Shown here: positions 1 to 13,924 of the stretch, piece after piece | How the letters are laid out: every line of letters starts with the position of its first letter | Position numbering within the stretch: position 1 is the stretch's first letter | DNA from: Squalus acanthias | Lineage: Eukaryota | Assembly (NCBI GenBank): GCA_030390025.1 | Contig: CM059432.1 | Span: 8,866,001-8,930,000, forward strand | Direction: 5' to 3' | Length of the DNA: 64,000 nucleotides | Program-made: the position numbers and the translations under genes | The notes under the pieces: generated by a model | The model's input: the letters and a program-made list of their open reading frames with translations, nothing else | What the model was told of the DNA's origin: nothing | Databases searched by the model: none

Positions 1-1160
1 TCTGATGTGGATTTTCCTACAAGTAGCTGATCCCAGTCCACTTTGGCCAGATCCTGCCTTATCATATTAAAATTGGCCTTCCCCCAATTTAGAACCTTTA
101 TTTCCGATCCATCTTTGTCCTTTTCCATGACTACCTTAAATCTCACCGAATTATGGTCACTGTCAACCAAAATGCTCTCCTACTGACACTTCTACCACTT
201 GCCCAGCTACATTCCCTAGAATTAGGTCCAGAACCACCCCCTCTCTTGTAGGACTTTCTACATGCTGGCTCAAAAAGCTCTCCTGGATGCACTTTAAGAA
301 TTCCACACCCTCTAAGCCTTTCACACTCTGACTATCCCAGTTAATATTGGGGAATTTGAAATCCCCTACTATTATTACCCTATTATTTCTACACTTCTCT
401 GAGATTTGCCTACATATCTGTTCCTCTATCTCCCCCTGACTGTTTGGGGGCCTATAGTACACTCCCAGCAAAGTGCTTGCCCCCTTTTTGTTTTTAAGTT
501 CTACCCATATGGCCTCATTCGAGGAACCTGCTAAGATATCATCCCTCCTTACAGCAGTAATTGACTCCTTGATTAATATTGCGATACCCCCTCCTCTTTT
601 ACACCCCCCTCTGTCTTGCCTGAAGATTCTATACCCCGGAATATTGAGCTGCCAGTCCTGCCCCTCCCTCAACCATGTCTCTGTGATAGCAACAATATCA
701 TACTCCCATGTGTTCATCAACACCTTCAATTCATCTGCCTTACTCGCAAGACTCCTTGCATTAAAACAAATGCCATCCAGCCTTGCCATACTCCCTTGTA
801 CCGCTACATATTTGCTCTGCCTTCCAGGCTGACTTGTTTTTTCCTCTATATTTGGCTGTGCATCAGCCCCTACTATAGCTCCACTCCATATCCCATCCCC
901 CTGCCAAGTTAGTTTAAACCCCCCACAACAGTACTAGCAAACCTCCCCGCAAGGATGTTGGTCCTGTTCCGGTTCAGGTGCAACCCGTCCGACTTGTACA
1001 GGTCCCACCTTCCCCAGAAGCAGACCCAGTGATCCAGGAAACTAAAGCCCTCCCTCCTGCACCAACTCTTTAGCCACGCATTCATCTGCTCTATCCTCCT
1101 ATTCCTATACTCACTAGCACGTGGCACCGGGAGTAATCCAGAGATTACAACCTTTGAGGG
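1..1160 (-). mobile_element. CR1 LINE fragment: ORF1 esterase C-terminus and ORF2 APE endonuclease
   Basis: ORF 909..1127 (WCRREGF...DGLHLN, SGNH esterase); ORF 163..789 (NARSL, ITETWL, GGG, YYRPP, VGDF, LDLIL). Runs off the window edge. Confidence 0.92.
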
Positions 1161-2384
1161 TGATGGTGTGTAATCTGCAATGGAAGCATCCCATTCAAGA
1201 CCTCGAGACTGAGTTGTGCCTGATTTCCTTTCCTAATCCAGTCTTTATCACTGGCAATTCTGATTCTACGCCATCCCTTTCTCCAGAGCAATATTGTAGA
1301 TCACAAGAGAATAGATCCTGTCTTGTTTAGATGAATTTGTTTTTGTAGTTTAGGCCCGTAATGGCTTTTAGATGATTCTGTGCTTCAGATGTGTTTTCGC
1401 CTCCGCAATTCTTTGAAAGTCAAGCGGAAAACCCATCAATTTAATCAAGTCTCTCCGTGTAAGCTGTACATCAGAGCCGTGAACTCTTTACATTCCTACT
1501 ACTTGGGTTTTTTGCGTGTGTGTGTGTGTGTGTGTTGGGGCTGTGTTTGATGAACAAGTGTAGCTAATCGATTTCTAATCTGAATTGTTGGCAGGTCTGT
1601 TCCTCGAGGGCGGTGCCCACTTTTTCTGTTGTTGTTGATCTCGTGTGGAAAGGACATCCTCCGGTGGTTTCAATCACTCCAATTTGTTCTGCTAATCACC
1701 AACAGATGCCGAGTGTGAAAAGAGCGCGACCCGACCAAGCAGCTCGCCAAACCTGACCCTCCCTTGATTCTGTCCATCGCCCCCTTCTTTCTCCCCGGCC
1801 ACAGCGTCCCAGCTCACCGGATCAGCTGCACGATCCCAAAACAAACCCAAACCTTTCGACTCTTTAGAAACCCTGCCTTTCCAAAGAAAGATACACAACG
1901 GAGGGGAAAAAGGCCGGCCCTTAGGCTGCCTTGTCAAGCGCCATCTGTCGTCAGTGTTTGCGGACTGTGAGTTAACGTTTTTGCTGCAAAAACCCTTCAC
2001 TCGCAGAACGCGAGCCTCCTTTGTGACCGAATCACTGGCCACGACATGGGCGGATTTGACGCTGTTGGTCTTAGCCTGCCAGAATCGGAAGCGAGTTGTC
2101 ACATTGAAGGCGGAGATGATAGGGAAATGGTGCACACGAATCCCAGGCCATGTGAGGCCAGTCTTTAATGAAGCAGTTTTCTGCTCTGAGCTCTTTCACT
2201 GCTGACTGATGCTCCGTTCAATGGCGCTGTTGCCTCTTGTTAAATTTGATGCGCCCAGTGATTTAGGGCCAATGCATTCTAAAGGCCTTCATTTTACAGG
2301 CTGAAGTGCTCGGCAGTGTTTTGTGTCTGTTATTGGCAAAGTAGGGGTAATACACGAATAGGAATGGGTTATTTAATATTACAT

Positions 2385-3350
2385 CAACAACAACTGGCAT
2401 TTATATAGCGCCTTTAGCATAGTCAAAACGCCCCAAGGTGAGATGAGGGGGTTATCTTATGAAGAAAGGTTGAGCAGGTTGGGTCTATACTCATTGGGGT
2501 TTAGAAGAATGAGAGGGGATCTTATTGAAACATATAAGATACTGAGGGGGCTTGACAAGGTAGATGCAGAGAGAATGTTTCCCCTCGTGGAGGAAATCTG
2601 GAACTAGGGGGCATAATTTCAGAATAAGGGGGCACCCATTTAAATCGGAAATGAGGAGGAATTTCTTCTCTCAGAGGGTCATGAATCTTTGGAATTCTCT
2701 TCCCCAGAGAGCTGTGGAGGCTGGGTCATTGAATATATTTAAGGTGGAGATAGACAGATTTTTGAACGATAAGGGAGTCAAGGGTTATGGGGAGCGGGCA
2801 GGGAAGTGGAGTTGAGGCCAAGATCAGATCAGCCATGATCTTATTGAATGGCGGAGCAGGCTCGAGGGGCCAAATGACCTACTCCTGCTCCTATTTCTTA
2901 TGTTCTTATGTTCACAGGAGTGTAATCAGACAACAAATTGGCACTGAGCCACATAAAGAGATATTAGGACAGGTGGCCAAATGTCTGGACAAAGACGTAG
3001 GATTTAAGAAGCGTCTTAAAGGGGGAGAGAGAGGTGGAGAGGTTTTAGGAGGGAATTCCAGAGCTTAGGGCCCAGGCAGCTGAAGGCACGGGGGATTGGG
3101 GATGCGCAAGAGGCCAGAATTGGAGGAGCGCAGAGATCTCGGAGGGTTGTAGGGCTGGAGGAGGAAGTCACAGAGATAGGGAAAGGAAGAGGCCATGGAG
3201 AGATTTGAAAACAAGGGTGAGAATTTTTAAATCGAGGCGTTGCCGGACCGGGAGCCAATGTAGGTCAGCGAGCACAGGGGTGATGGTTGAACGGGACAGG
3301 ATATGGGCATTCGAGTTTTGGGTGAGCTCCAGTTTACGGAAGGTGCACGA
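2385..3350 (-). mobile_element. L2 LINE 3' fragment with nested CR1 3' fragment (about 2440-2910, +)
   Basis: (TTG)n-type tail on the minus strand, PKLWNSL motif; CR1 FFSQRVMNLWNSLP with TTCTTATG tail. Confidence 0.8.
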
Positions 3351-3568
3351 TCAATAAAGGACAATACTGTCGGTGGATGTCTTTTTATGGGTAGCACACA
3401 GCACAGGGATTTCGCAAAATCTCATGCATTCACGTAAATCAGCTACTGGTCTGTGACTTGCGCTCTCTGGGTGTGGATTGGTGTAAGCTGCACACTGTTG
3501 TGTGATGTGAATGATAAGCGTGTAAGAAATGTGTGAACACTGGAGGCCAAGTTGGGAAATTATACTCT

Positions 3569-4046
3569 GGGGGAAAAATTGGGCTGATTTGTGCCTCTGG
3601 TTAGCGCCCCTAGGGGGCGCAAATCCCCTAGCACCCGGGCGCAGCGCCACTAATGCTTGGGCCCCCTGACCTATCGCCGGAAGATATGTCCGAAAGGGTC
3701 AGGGGGGCGTTTTTACAGCGGCAGCGGCGCTAGTAAAAGGGGCAGGTGTCGGGCGGCCATTTTTTGGGGGGCCGACTGCCAGCACCTGCCCCCTTCCCCT
3801 TTTTTTCTCGGGGTGCCGGCCACGATCGAGCCCCGGTGGTCTAGCAGGGCCCCGGTACACGTAGCGCCACGGTCTTCAGTTGTAGCGCCCCAAGAAGAAG
3901 GTGGAGTGCTTCCAGTAGCGCCCCACCTCCTGCTTAGGGCACTACAACTGAATTTCCGGCGGAGGGGTGCTAATTTTATCGGGGGGCTAAAATTAGCGCC
4001 CCGGCGACGTTAGCGCCCCAAAAGGGGCGATGCCAAATTTCCCCCC
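3569..4046. mobile_element. Harbinger-type MITE
   Basis: TIR GGGGGAAAAATTGG / CCAAATTTCCCCCC, 3-bp TSD tct on both sides, many TAGCGCC(C) subterminal motifs like those at 57830-58010. Confidence 0.75.
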
Positions 4047-4089
4047 TCTGTGTTTAGATACATATATTTATTTATATATATAATATATA

Positions 4090-4460
4090 TGTTTTTTGGA
4101 GGTGTTCAAAATTATGAGGGGTTTTGATAGAGTAGATAGGGATAAACTGTTCCCAGTGACAGGAGGGTCGGTAACCAGAGGACACAGATTGAAGGTAATT
4201 GGCAAAAGAACCAGAGGGGGACTAGAGAAGATTTTTTTTTAACGCAGCGACTTGTTGTGATCTGGAACACGCTGCCTGAAAGGACGGTGGAAGCAGATTC
4301 AATAGTAACTTTCAAAAGGGTATTGGATAAATACTTGAAAAGGAAAAATTTGCAGGGCTATGGGGGAAGGAGCAGGGGAGTGGGACTAATTGGAGACTCT
4401 ACCAAAGAGCCAACACGGGCACGATGGGCCGAATGGCCTCCTTCTGTGCTGTATCATTCT
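4090..4460 (+). mobile_element. CR1 3' fragment
   Basis: TRGHRLKV...WNTLPE...3' UTR; a similar copy lies at about 5640-5960. Confidence 0.8.
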
Positions 4461-4694
4461 ATTCGAAGAGAAGCAGGGAAGTTCTCCCATTCTCCTGGCT
4501 AGTATTTATCCTCAACCAACACCTGAAACAGTTGATCTGGTCATTATAACATTGCTGTTTGTGGGAGCTTGCTGTGCGCAAATTGGCTGCCGCATTTCCC
4601 ACATTACAACAGTGACTCCACTTCAAAAGGACCTGAGGTCATGAAAGGCTCTATATAAATGCAAGCCTTTCTTCTTCTTCTTCTTCTTCTTCAT

Positions 4695-5165
4695 GTGTCA
4701 GCTGTGGCTCAGTGGGTAGCACACTCGCCTCTGGGTCAGAAAGTTGTGGGTTCAAGTCGCACTCCAGGGGACTTGAGCACATTAAATCTAGGCCGACACT
4801 CCAGTGCAGCACTGAGGGAGCGCTGCACTGTCAGAGGTGCCGTCTTTCTGGTGAGACGTTAAACCGAGGCCCCGTCTGCTCTCTCAGGTGGACATAAAAG
4901 ACCCCGTGGCACTATTTCGAAGAAGAGCAGGGGAGTTATCCCCGGTGTCCTGACCAATATTTATCCCTCAATCAACATCACTAAAACAGATTATCTGGGT
5001 CATTATCACATTGCTGTTTGTGGGAGCTTGCTGTGCGCAGATTGGCTGCCGCGTTTCCCACATTACAACAGTGACTACACTCCAAAAAGTACTTCATTGG
5101 CTGTAAAACGCTTTGAAACGTCCGGTGGTCGTGAAAGGCGCTATAGAAATGCAAGTCTTTTCTTC
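4695..5165 (+). mobile_element. tRNA-derived DeuSINE (SacSINE1-like), full length
   Basis: A box TGGCTCAGTGG, B box GGTTCAAGTC, Deu-like core (AAACCGAGG...TAAAAGA-CCC-TGGCACT...CCGGTGTCCTG), L2-like tail GGCGCTATAGAAATGCAAGTCTTT. A partial copy precedes it (4462-4692). Confidence 0.8.
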
Positions 5166-6539
5166 TCATGGTATAACTAATCAGAGAGCAGTTGAAAAAA
5201 GCATTGTGAACAAAGCATGGAATTACGCTCCAGTCCGTAGCGTCCGGAGATGTCGCCGCTCTGAAACAAAGGAGAGAGGAATGTTTTGAGCGGAACTTTT
5301 TCGGTGCAAGAAATGTTTGTGCTGCACAAGCTGTCCTGACAGCAAACCATTCTGGGCAGAATCAATGATTCTACTGCACCAAAGCCACCTGGAAACCAGT
5401 GCAAATACTAATGGGAATGCTACTTAATTTGCATTCCGACCAAAACTGGATTTGTGTTATAAAGGGAAGTGTTTTGTTGCCATGCAAATGTAAAGCTGTG
5501 TTTTAGCTTCAGTTAAACGTACCAGGGGACAAAGAGACTCTTCAAGTCAGTGTGTGTGGAGCAGTTGTAAATGTGCTTACAACATCACCACACCGGGAGG
5601 GAGGGGTGGGGGGACCGGGAGAGGGGTTGGACAACCGGGATAGAGTAAATAAGGAGAAACTGTTTCCAGTGGCAGAAGGGTCGGTAACCAGAGGACACAG
5701 ATTTAAGGTGATTATCAAAAGAACCAGAGGGGGAGATGAGGAAACATTTTTTTACGCAGCGAGTTGTTGTGATCTGGAACGCGCTGCCTGAAAGGGCGGT
5801 GGAAGCAGATTCAATAGTGACTTTCAAAAGGGAATTGGAGAAATACTTGAAGTGCTGTGGAGAAAGAGCAGGGCGAGTGGGACTAATTGGCAAGCTCTAC
5901 AAAAGAGTCGGAACAGACACGATGGGCCAACTGGCCTCCTTCTGTGCTGTCCGTACTGTGACTACTATGTGAAGCACTTTGAGGTGACTCAAGAGAGATG
6001 CGTCCCAAGCATGATGTCAATGCAAACCTTTCTCCTGTCTCCGGAGACAACAGGGACAAATGTAAATGCCACCAGCACATCCAGCCATCCGGTTACTTTG
6101 CCCTCGGGAAAGCTTAACCAGGCAGTACAGCTTTGCATCAGTGACCAGTATGGACTGTCCCCATCCAGCAAGAAGATCCGGGCTGAATTTGGCCATCACA
6201 ATTGCCTCGGCGTGACACTATAGCACAGGTGGCCTTTATTGAGCCATCTTTGTAGCTGTTCCTATTATAGGGTGGTGGAGGCAGAAACACTCATCGCATT
6301 TACAAAATACTTAGATATGCACTTAACCTACAAGACTACGGACCAAGAGCTGGAAAGTGGGATTAGGCTGGAAGCTCTTTTTTGGCCGGCCAAATTGCCT
6401 CCTTCTGTGCCATAAATTTCAATGAATCTATGAATCTATATAAAAAGTGTGAATCCTCTTGTGGAAAAACTTGATTGCAAGCGGCGCCCACAGTTATATT
6501 AGACAGTACTGTCCAAGAAACTTCCCTAAATAGAGTACA

Positions 6540-8990
6540 AAATGCTGAGGGATTACAGTCACGTGGATAGACTGGAGAAACTGGGGTTGTTCTCCTTGGA
6601 GCAGAGAAGGCTAAGAGGAGATTTGATCGAGGTGTTTAAAATCATGAAGGGTTTAGATAGAATAAATAAAGAGAAACTGTTTCCAATGGCTGAAGGGTCG
6701 ATAACCAGAGGGCACAGATTTAAGGTGATTGGCAAAAGAACCAGAGGCGACATGAGGAAAAACTTTTTTACGCAGCGAGTGGTTAGGATTTACATACGAA
6801 CTACGAATTAGGAGCAGGAGTAGGCCACTCGGCCCTCGAGCCTGCTCCACCATTCAATAAGATCATGGCTGATCCGGTTACTCCACATTCCTGCCTACCC
6901 CCGATAACCTTTCACCCCCTTGCTTACCAAGAATCTATCTACCTCTGCCTTCAAAATATTCAAAGACTCTGCTTCCACCGCCCTCTGAGGAAGAGAGTTC
7001 CAAAGACTCACGACCCTCTGTGAGAAAAAATTTCTCCTCATCTCTGTCTTAAATGGGCGACCCCTTATTTTTCAACAGTGACCCCTAGTTCTAGATTCTC
7101 CCACAAGAGGAAACATCCTCTCCACATCCACCCTGTCCAGACCCCTCAGGATCTTATATGTTTCAATCAAATCACCTCTTACTCTTCTAAACTCCACCGG
7201 ATACAAGCCTAGCCTGTCCAACCTTTCCTCATAAGACAACCCACCCATTCCAGGTATTAGTCCAGTAAATCTTCTCTGAACTGCTTCCAACGCATTTACA
7301 TCCTTCCTTAAATAAGGAGACCAATACTGTACACAGTACTCCAGATGTGGTCGCACCGATGCCCTGTATAACTGAAGCATAACCTCCCTACTTTTGTATT
7401 CAATTCCCCTCGCTAATAAACGATAACATTCTATTAGCTTTCCTAATTACTTGCTGCACCTGCATAGTAACCTTTTGTGATTCATGCACTAGGACACCCA
7501 GATCCCTCTGCATCTCAGAGCTCTGCAATCTCTCACCATTTAGATAATATGCTCCTTTTTCTTCCAGCCAAAATGGACAACTTCACATTTTCCCACATTA
7601 TACTCCATTTGCCCACTCACTTAACCTATCTATATCCCTTTGTAGCCTCCTTATATCCTCTTCACAATTTACTTTCCTACCTATCTTTATGTCATCAGCA
7701 AATTTAGCAAGAAAAATTTGGAATACACTGCCTGATAGGGTGGTCGATACAGATTCAAAAGGGAATTGGATAATTACTTGAAGGAGAAAAAATTGCAGGG
7801 ATATGAGGAAAGAGTGGGGAGTGGGAAACATAGAAACATAGAAAAATAGGAGCAGGAGTAGGCTATTCAGCCCTTCGAGCCTGCTCCGCCATTCAATATG
7901 GCCATGGCTGATCCTCTATCTCAATACCATATTCCCGCTCTCTCCCCATACCCCTTGATGCCTTTTGTGTCTAGAGGTAGGTTTTAAGAAGACTAACTGG
8001 ATTGCTCTTCGAAAGATCTGGCACAGACTTGATGGACCGAATGGCCTCCTCCTGTGCTGTACTATTCTATGATTCTATGAAAAACAAGGAAGTTATGCTA
8101 AACCTTTATAAATCACTGGTTAGGCCTCAGCTGGAGTATTGTGTTCAATTCTGGACACCACACTTTAGGAAGGATGTCAAGGCCTTGGAGAGGGTGCAGA
8201 GGAGATTTACTAGAATGGTACCAGGGATGAGGGTTTTCAGTTACATGGAGAGACTGGAGAAGCTGGGGTTATTCTCCTTAGAGCAGAGAAGGTTAAGGGA
8301 AAATTTCATACAGGCATTCAAAATTGTGAAGGGTTTTGCTAGAGTAAATAAGGAGAAACTGTTTCCACTGGCAAAAAATCTGCCCTCCTGAGCATCCCTG
8401 ATTATAATCGCTCCACCATTGGTGGCTGTGCCTTCTGTTGCCTAGGCCCTAAGCTCTGGAATTCCCTCCCTAAACCTCTTCGCCTCTCTACCTCTCCTCC
8501 TTTAAGACGCTCCTTAAAACCTACCTCTTTGACCAAGCTTTTGGTCATCTGCCCTAATTGCTTATGTGGCTCGGTGTCAATTTGTTGTCTTAGAACACTC
8601 CTGTGAAGCGCCTTGGGACGTTTTACTACGTTAAAGGTGCTATATAAATACAAGTTGATGTTGTTGTTGTTGTCAGCAGGCGGTTCGGTAACCAGAGGAC
8701 ACGGATTTAAGGTAATTGGCAAAAGAACAACGGCGGAGATGAGGAGAATTTTTTTTATGCAGCGAGTTGTTGTGATCCGGAATGCGCTGCCTGAAAGGGC
8801 AGAGGAAGCAGATTCAATAGTGACTTTCAAAAAGGGAATTGGATAAATACTTGAAAGGGAAATAATTGCAGAGCTATGGGGGAAAGAGCAGGGGGGAGTG
8901 GGACTAATTGGAGAGCTCTTTCAAAGAGCCGGCACAGGCATGATGGGCCGAATGGCCTCCTTCTGTGCTGTATCATTTGATGATTCTAAC
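6540..8990. mobile_element. Cluster of nested CR1 3' fragments (both strands) with an L2 tail at about 8390-8672
   Basis: RT C-terminal ORFs 6542..6811(+), 7072..7380(-), 8002..8391(+). Confidence 0.85.
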
Positions 8991-9219
8991 TTCCCTAAGT
9001 CATGAATATTAAAAAAAAATACATTTCAAAACAACATACTTTGCTTTCCGTGTGAAACTTCCTGTGGAAATAGTAATTAAGTGAACTCTGCCCTCCCTGG
9101 CAGCTTTGGGAGCAAGTTACACATGTGCTTATGTTACAAGCAGCAAAGAGTTGCTCTCATTATATTCCAGTCGTACTTAAGATGCACTGTGTTTGCTGCG
9201 TCTCTGGTGTGATTTGTTT

Positions 9220-9540
9220 AAGAACATAAGAACATAAGAAATAGGAGCAGGAGTCGGCCATTCGGCCCTTTGAACCTGTTCCGCCATTCAATAAGATCAT
9301 GGCTGATCTTGTACCTCATCTCCACTTTCCTGCCCGATCTCCATATCCCTTTATTCCCTTAATATTCAAAAATCTATCGACCTCTGTCTTGAATATACTC
9401 AACGACTGAGCCTCCACAGCCCTCTGGGGTAGAGAATTCCAAAGATTCACCACCCTCTGAGTGAAGAAATTTCTCTTCACCTCAGTCCGAAATGGCCGAT
9501 CCCCTTATTCTGAGACTGTGAACCCCTAGTTCTAGACTCC
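9220..9540 (-). mobile_element. CR1 3' fragment
   Basis: AAGAACAT tandem tail plus 3' UTR. Confidence 0.8.
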
Positions 9541-11589
9541 TCATGCACAGTTAAGTCTCCTCTCTGTTTTGGTAATTAAAATACAGCAATTCAAATACTT
9601 CTATGGTTCTCATGGGAATCCTTTAGTGAGGAGCAACAGATGGAAAGGGGGGCGAGTCTTTGGCTCACGGGTAGCATGCCCGCCTCAGAGTCCGAAGGTG
9701 CAGCATTCGAACCCCGCTTCGGGCAGTCCCGGGCAAGCGGAGCCTCTGGCTCTGAAATTGTGGGTTGGCACCTATTGGGATACTTGCATCCGGTGAGGTA
9801 CATCGGAGCTCGATTGCTGTTTTAGGACAGTACTGGGCGGAGCATGTGCCATGCACTGTGGAGGAGCAGGAATGTTTCTCTGTCCTTTGCCTCTACAGGT
9901 CACCCCCCCCACCCCAACCCCCACCCACCCCTCCCGAGATTGCCAACCACGGACCTACCTTGCTCGGAGTTTGACCGAGCAGCCCCAAGTCTGGAGAGGG
10001 TGGGGAGCTCTGATGCGATCGTTTTCTTCCCGCAACCCGCTGGGCAAATGCTGATGTGGTCCATTCTTCAAATTGGATCACGCCTCCTTCTGGGACTATC
10101 GGACGTATACCAGGACACGGGGAGAACTTCCTGCTCTTCTTTGTCATGGGATCTTTTATGTTCACCTGAATAACTGGAGCAGGCAGGCAGTGTAGCTTTC
10201 AAAAGCTCTTTGTAATAATTTGTCCATGACTACACAAACCACTCTGGGTCTAGGTATATTGTGTATCAGTAAAACAGGGTTTATTATGCATCAAACATCC
10301 AGTACAAAGAAGTAATACTTAACAAGAAGATAGTCGCAGTCTGTTCATTGAACCCTGGCGTTCCTTCCCAGTGACTGTGGCGCGGTCTCTTTAACTCTTG
10401 CTGTGTTCTGTTGACTGAAGCTTCTCATCCTCTGGTTTCGCGCTGCCTTCAGTGTTCAATAGCTGTTCCTTTATACCTTTTTTTTCCCCCTTCAAAATAC
10501 ATAGCAACTTGCAGCTGCTTGGGCTATCTCACCATTCTGACCTTCGCAAGTATGGTCTATGATTCCCTCCCCTTTTTCTTGTCAATCATCTAATAACCTC
10601 GTTAGTTCCACTCAGCCTATTTCTGTGCATAACAAAATAGCCTTATCTAAGAACTTCACTTTACAGAACATCTTGAGGTGTTTTCTAAACAGTTTGTCTG
10701 TTCTGCTGTATCTAAAATGAAGGCTCCAACTCCTATCTCTTCTCCATAACATTACCGAACTCCATGTCCCCGACAGTCTCCGTATTTACTTAACACTCCA
10801 TTCCAATACTTCAGTAATTTACAACAGAGGTTTTTAGTCAGTTAGGCATAATTTTCCCATCCTGCTTTGGTCTCAGCCATTCGCCATTTTATACAAGCTT
10901 TTTAGGTTTTTAACATACAATTTCACATATTATAGTTATATAAAAATGATTATAGAATCTCAATAATGTTTACTAAATCCTACAGGTACACTATATCCTA
11001 CAGCAGGAGCCTGCAACTTAGGATAATTTCTCATATTTTCCCATTTTTATATCCATTCCTTCAGTTTTGCTCATACCCTCCTTCAGGTAGGGGGACGTGT
11101 ATGTGACAAGCAGTCGCTACTCGTGTGAGCAGGGTTGTGCAGTGTATTGTTAAATAGATAATGGGGTGATGCTGTGCATGTATTGAGAGCGTGTATGACA
11201 AACCAGTAGGATACCCAGGACATTGACTGTACATAATGAGGAGCCCCCTGCACAGTGTAATGTCTGTTATAAGTAGTTCATTCACCACTGAATGGCAGAG
11301 AGAGACTTCAACACATAATTATCAAGTCATCTCACGTAGCACGGTAAATCTGATGCTCTGCACACACTGCCAGTTATACGGAATATCGTTCAGGTAAATA
11401 TTTAAACACCTAAAGAGCCATGGATGACGACCTGTGGTTTAGTGAAATAGACCTGACGAGAGGCGGACCAAACTTCCCAACCCTTGAGGGCTCAAAATGT
11501 GGACAAATGGCTGTGGGGAGACTGTGCTGTGCAGGGGCCGGCATTAGAATGGGGACACCAAGAAGGACAGTGATCCACGCATTGAATCA

Positions 11590-12190
11590 AAGGAACATTA
11601 GCAACAGGAGGAGGCCTACAGTCCCTTGAGCCTGCTGTGCCATTCAATTAGATCATGGCTGATCTGTATCTTAACTCCATCTACCCGCCTTTGCTCCATA
11701 TTCTTTAATACCCTTACCTGACAACATTTTATCTATCTCAGTTTTGAAATTTTCAATTGAACCCCGCCCCCCCCCCCCCCCCCCCCCCAGCCTCAACAGC
11801 TTTTTGGGGGAGAGCATTCCTGATTTCCACCACTCTTTGTGTGAAGAAATGCTTCCTGACATCACCCCTGAATGGCCTAGCTCTAATTTTAAGGTCACGC
11901 CCCCTTGTTCTGCACTCCCCCCACCCACCAGAGGAAATATTTTCTTTCTATCTACCCTATGAAATCCTTTAATCATCTTAAACACCTCAATTAGATCACT
12001 CCTTAATCTTCTGTACTCGAAGGAACACAAGCCTGGTCTGTGCAACCTGTCCTCATAATTGGACTCTTTAAGCCCCGGTATCATTCTGGTGACTCTGCAC
12101 TGCACCGCTGCCAAGGCCAATATATCCTTCCTGAGGTGCGGAACCCAGACAGAACGCAGTGCTCCAGATGGGGGTCTGACCAGAGCTTTA
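11590..12190 (-). mobile_element. CR1 3' fragment
   Basis: ORF 11671..12195, RT C-terminus (RRLRSDLIEVFK). Confidence 0.8.
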
Positions 12191-12984
12191 CACAAACCTC
12201 TTCAGGGCTGCAACAGGGTTACTGTTAAATCCATTTGGCTTTAAGGTACAGAGTAGAGAGCAACTTCCCAGGCAATTACTCCTCCTTGCAGAATAGAGCC
12301 CTCCCCCTCCCACCGGGCCTGTCGGTGAGTCGGTCAAGCGGCAAAGGTCAAAGCACAACCACAGAGTGTCTGTCCAGGCTTGGATTAGAACCTGCTAACT
12401 CTGAGCTCCTCAGGACCACTGGGGACCCCCCCCCCCTCCCCCCACCGCTCCAAAACAAACAATATACTGATTGGGTAAACGAACCAATGTTTTCATATGG
12501 GCAGTCAGACCTAGTGATTATTTTCACAGCCCTTTCTCCACTTTTCCCCAGAAGTTATATTTTATATGGTGAGGGAGGACCTCTTTGTCCTTTTTGGCAT
12601 TGAAGGCTCATTTTGTTACCTTAACAGAGATCGTACCTGTGGGATTCTGGAAGCCTCCGAGGCTCCCCATCGCTGTTTTTTGTGCGAGCCACATAGATGT
12701 CATTGCTGTTATTTATTGCTTTTAAGCGCAGTTCTTAAAAGTCCGACCAGTTTAACGGCACAGAAGGGAGCTCCTGCGAAATGAATTATAAGTTTAGACA
12801 TATTTCTCTTTCCCTCCGCTCCTGAACAGACTAACTCACGCTGGAGTCCGGTTTCACAGCTGGTTCCACCTTCTGCTGCCTCACCCAGCAGCTCATTCTT
12901 CATGTGTCGACCTTAGTGATGGACTAATTCCACTGAACAGGCATCGCAACAATGTTTGATCCTGTCCTCATTCGATATCTAAGA

Positions 12985-13655
12985 AAGAGAAAGAGCTTGC
13001 ATTTATATAGCGCCTTTCATGCCCCAAATTACAGCCAATGAAGTACTTTTGAAGTGTGGTCACGGTTGTAATGTGGAAAGCGCGGCAGCCAATTTGCGCA
13101 CAGCAAGCTCCCACAAACAGCAACGTGATAACGAGCAGATAATCTGGGTTTATTCAATGATGTTGGTTGAGGGATAAACATTAACCAAGAGGAGGGAAGG
13201 ACTACCCTCCTCTTCTTTGTAATATTGGCCATGGAATCTTTTACGTCCGCCCGAGAGAGCAGACGGGGGGCCTCGGTTTAACATCTCATTCGAAAGCCGG
13301 CACCTCTGACAGTGCAGCGCTCCCTCAGCACTGCACTGGGAGTGTCAGCCTAGATTTTAGTGCTCAAGTCTCTGGAGTGGGACTTGAATCCACAACCTTT
13401 TCGACTCAGAGACGAGAGTGAATCATAGAAACTTGCAGCACAGAACGAGGCCATTTCGGCCCATCGTGTCTGCGCCGGCCGACAAAGAGCTATCCAGTCT
13501 AATCCCACTTCCCAGCTCTTGGTCCGTAGCCCTGTAGGTTACGGCACTTCAAGCGCATATCCAAGTATTTTTTAAATGTGATGAGGGTTTGTGCCTCGAC
13601 CACCCTTTCAGGCAGTGCGTTCCAGACGGGCACCCACTGAGCCACGGCTGACACA
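12985..13655 (-). mobile_element. DeuSINE with nested CR1 tail (about 13420-13630)
   Basis: Reverse complement of the 4695 SINE; head ccactgagccacggctgacac separated by CR1 3' UTR. Confidence 0.75.
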
Positions 13656-13924
13656 TCTAGACACGTGCTTTCCGCCAGGGGTCACTAGATACTGAGCAGC
13701 AGCAGAACTATGGGTGATTTTCCAGCCTCCAGCCTAAGGGCGTCGTGCTCCATTGCAACACCCCTATCATCATCCCAGTTGATCTCAGCGCTGACGGGCG
13801 ATCGAGCCTTGTACCATCCCAGTCCACATGGCTCAGTTCCACACTAGACAGTGAGTATCTGTAGGCTAGCCAACAATGGAGGCCATCAGAGCCGAACCCA
13901 ATGCTACCCTCAGTCCACAGCCAC

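Noticed and set aside
1692..2205. Overlapping ORFs in unique sequence
   Set aside because: No recognisable protein similarity or exon structure.
4695..4770. tRNA-like sequence with A/B boxes (also about 9660-9720 and other SINE heads)
   Set aside because: SINE heads; no complete cloverleaf.
10211..11050. Possible minus-strand solo LTR (TGT start, TTTATT)
   Set aside because: Could not find a matching CA end with a TSD.
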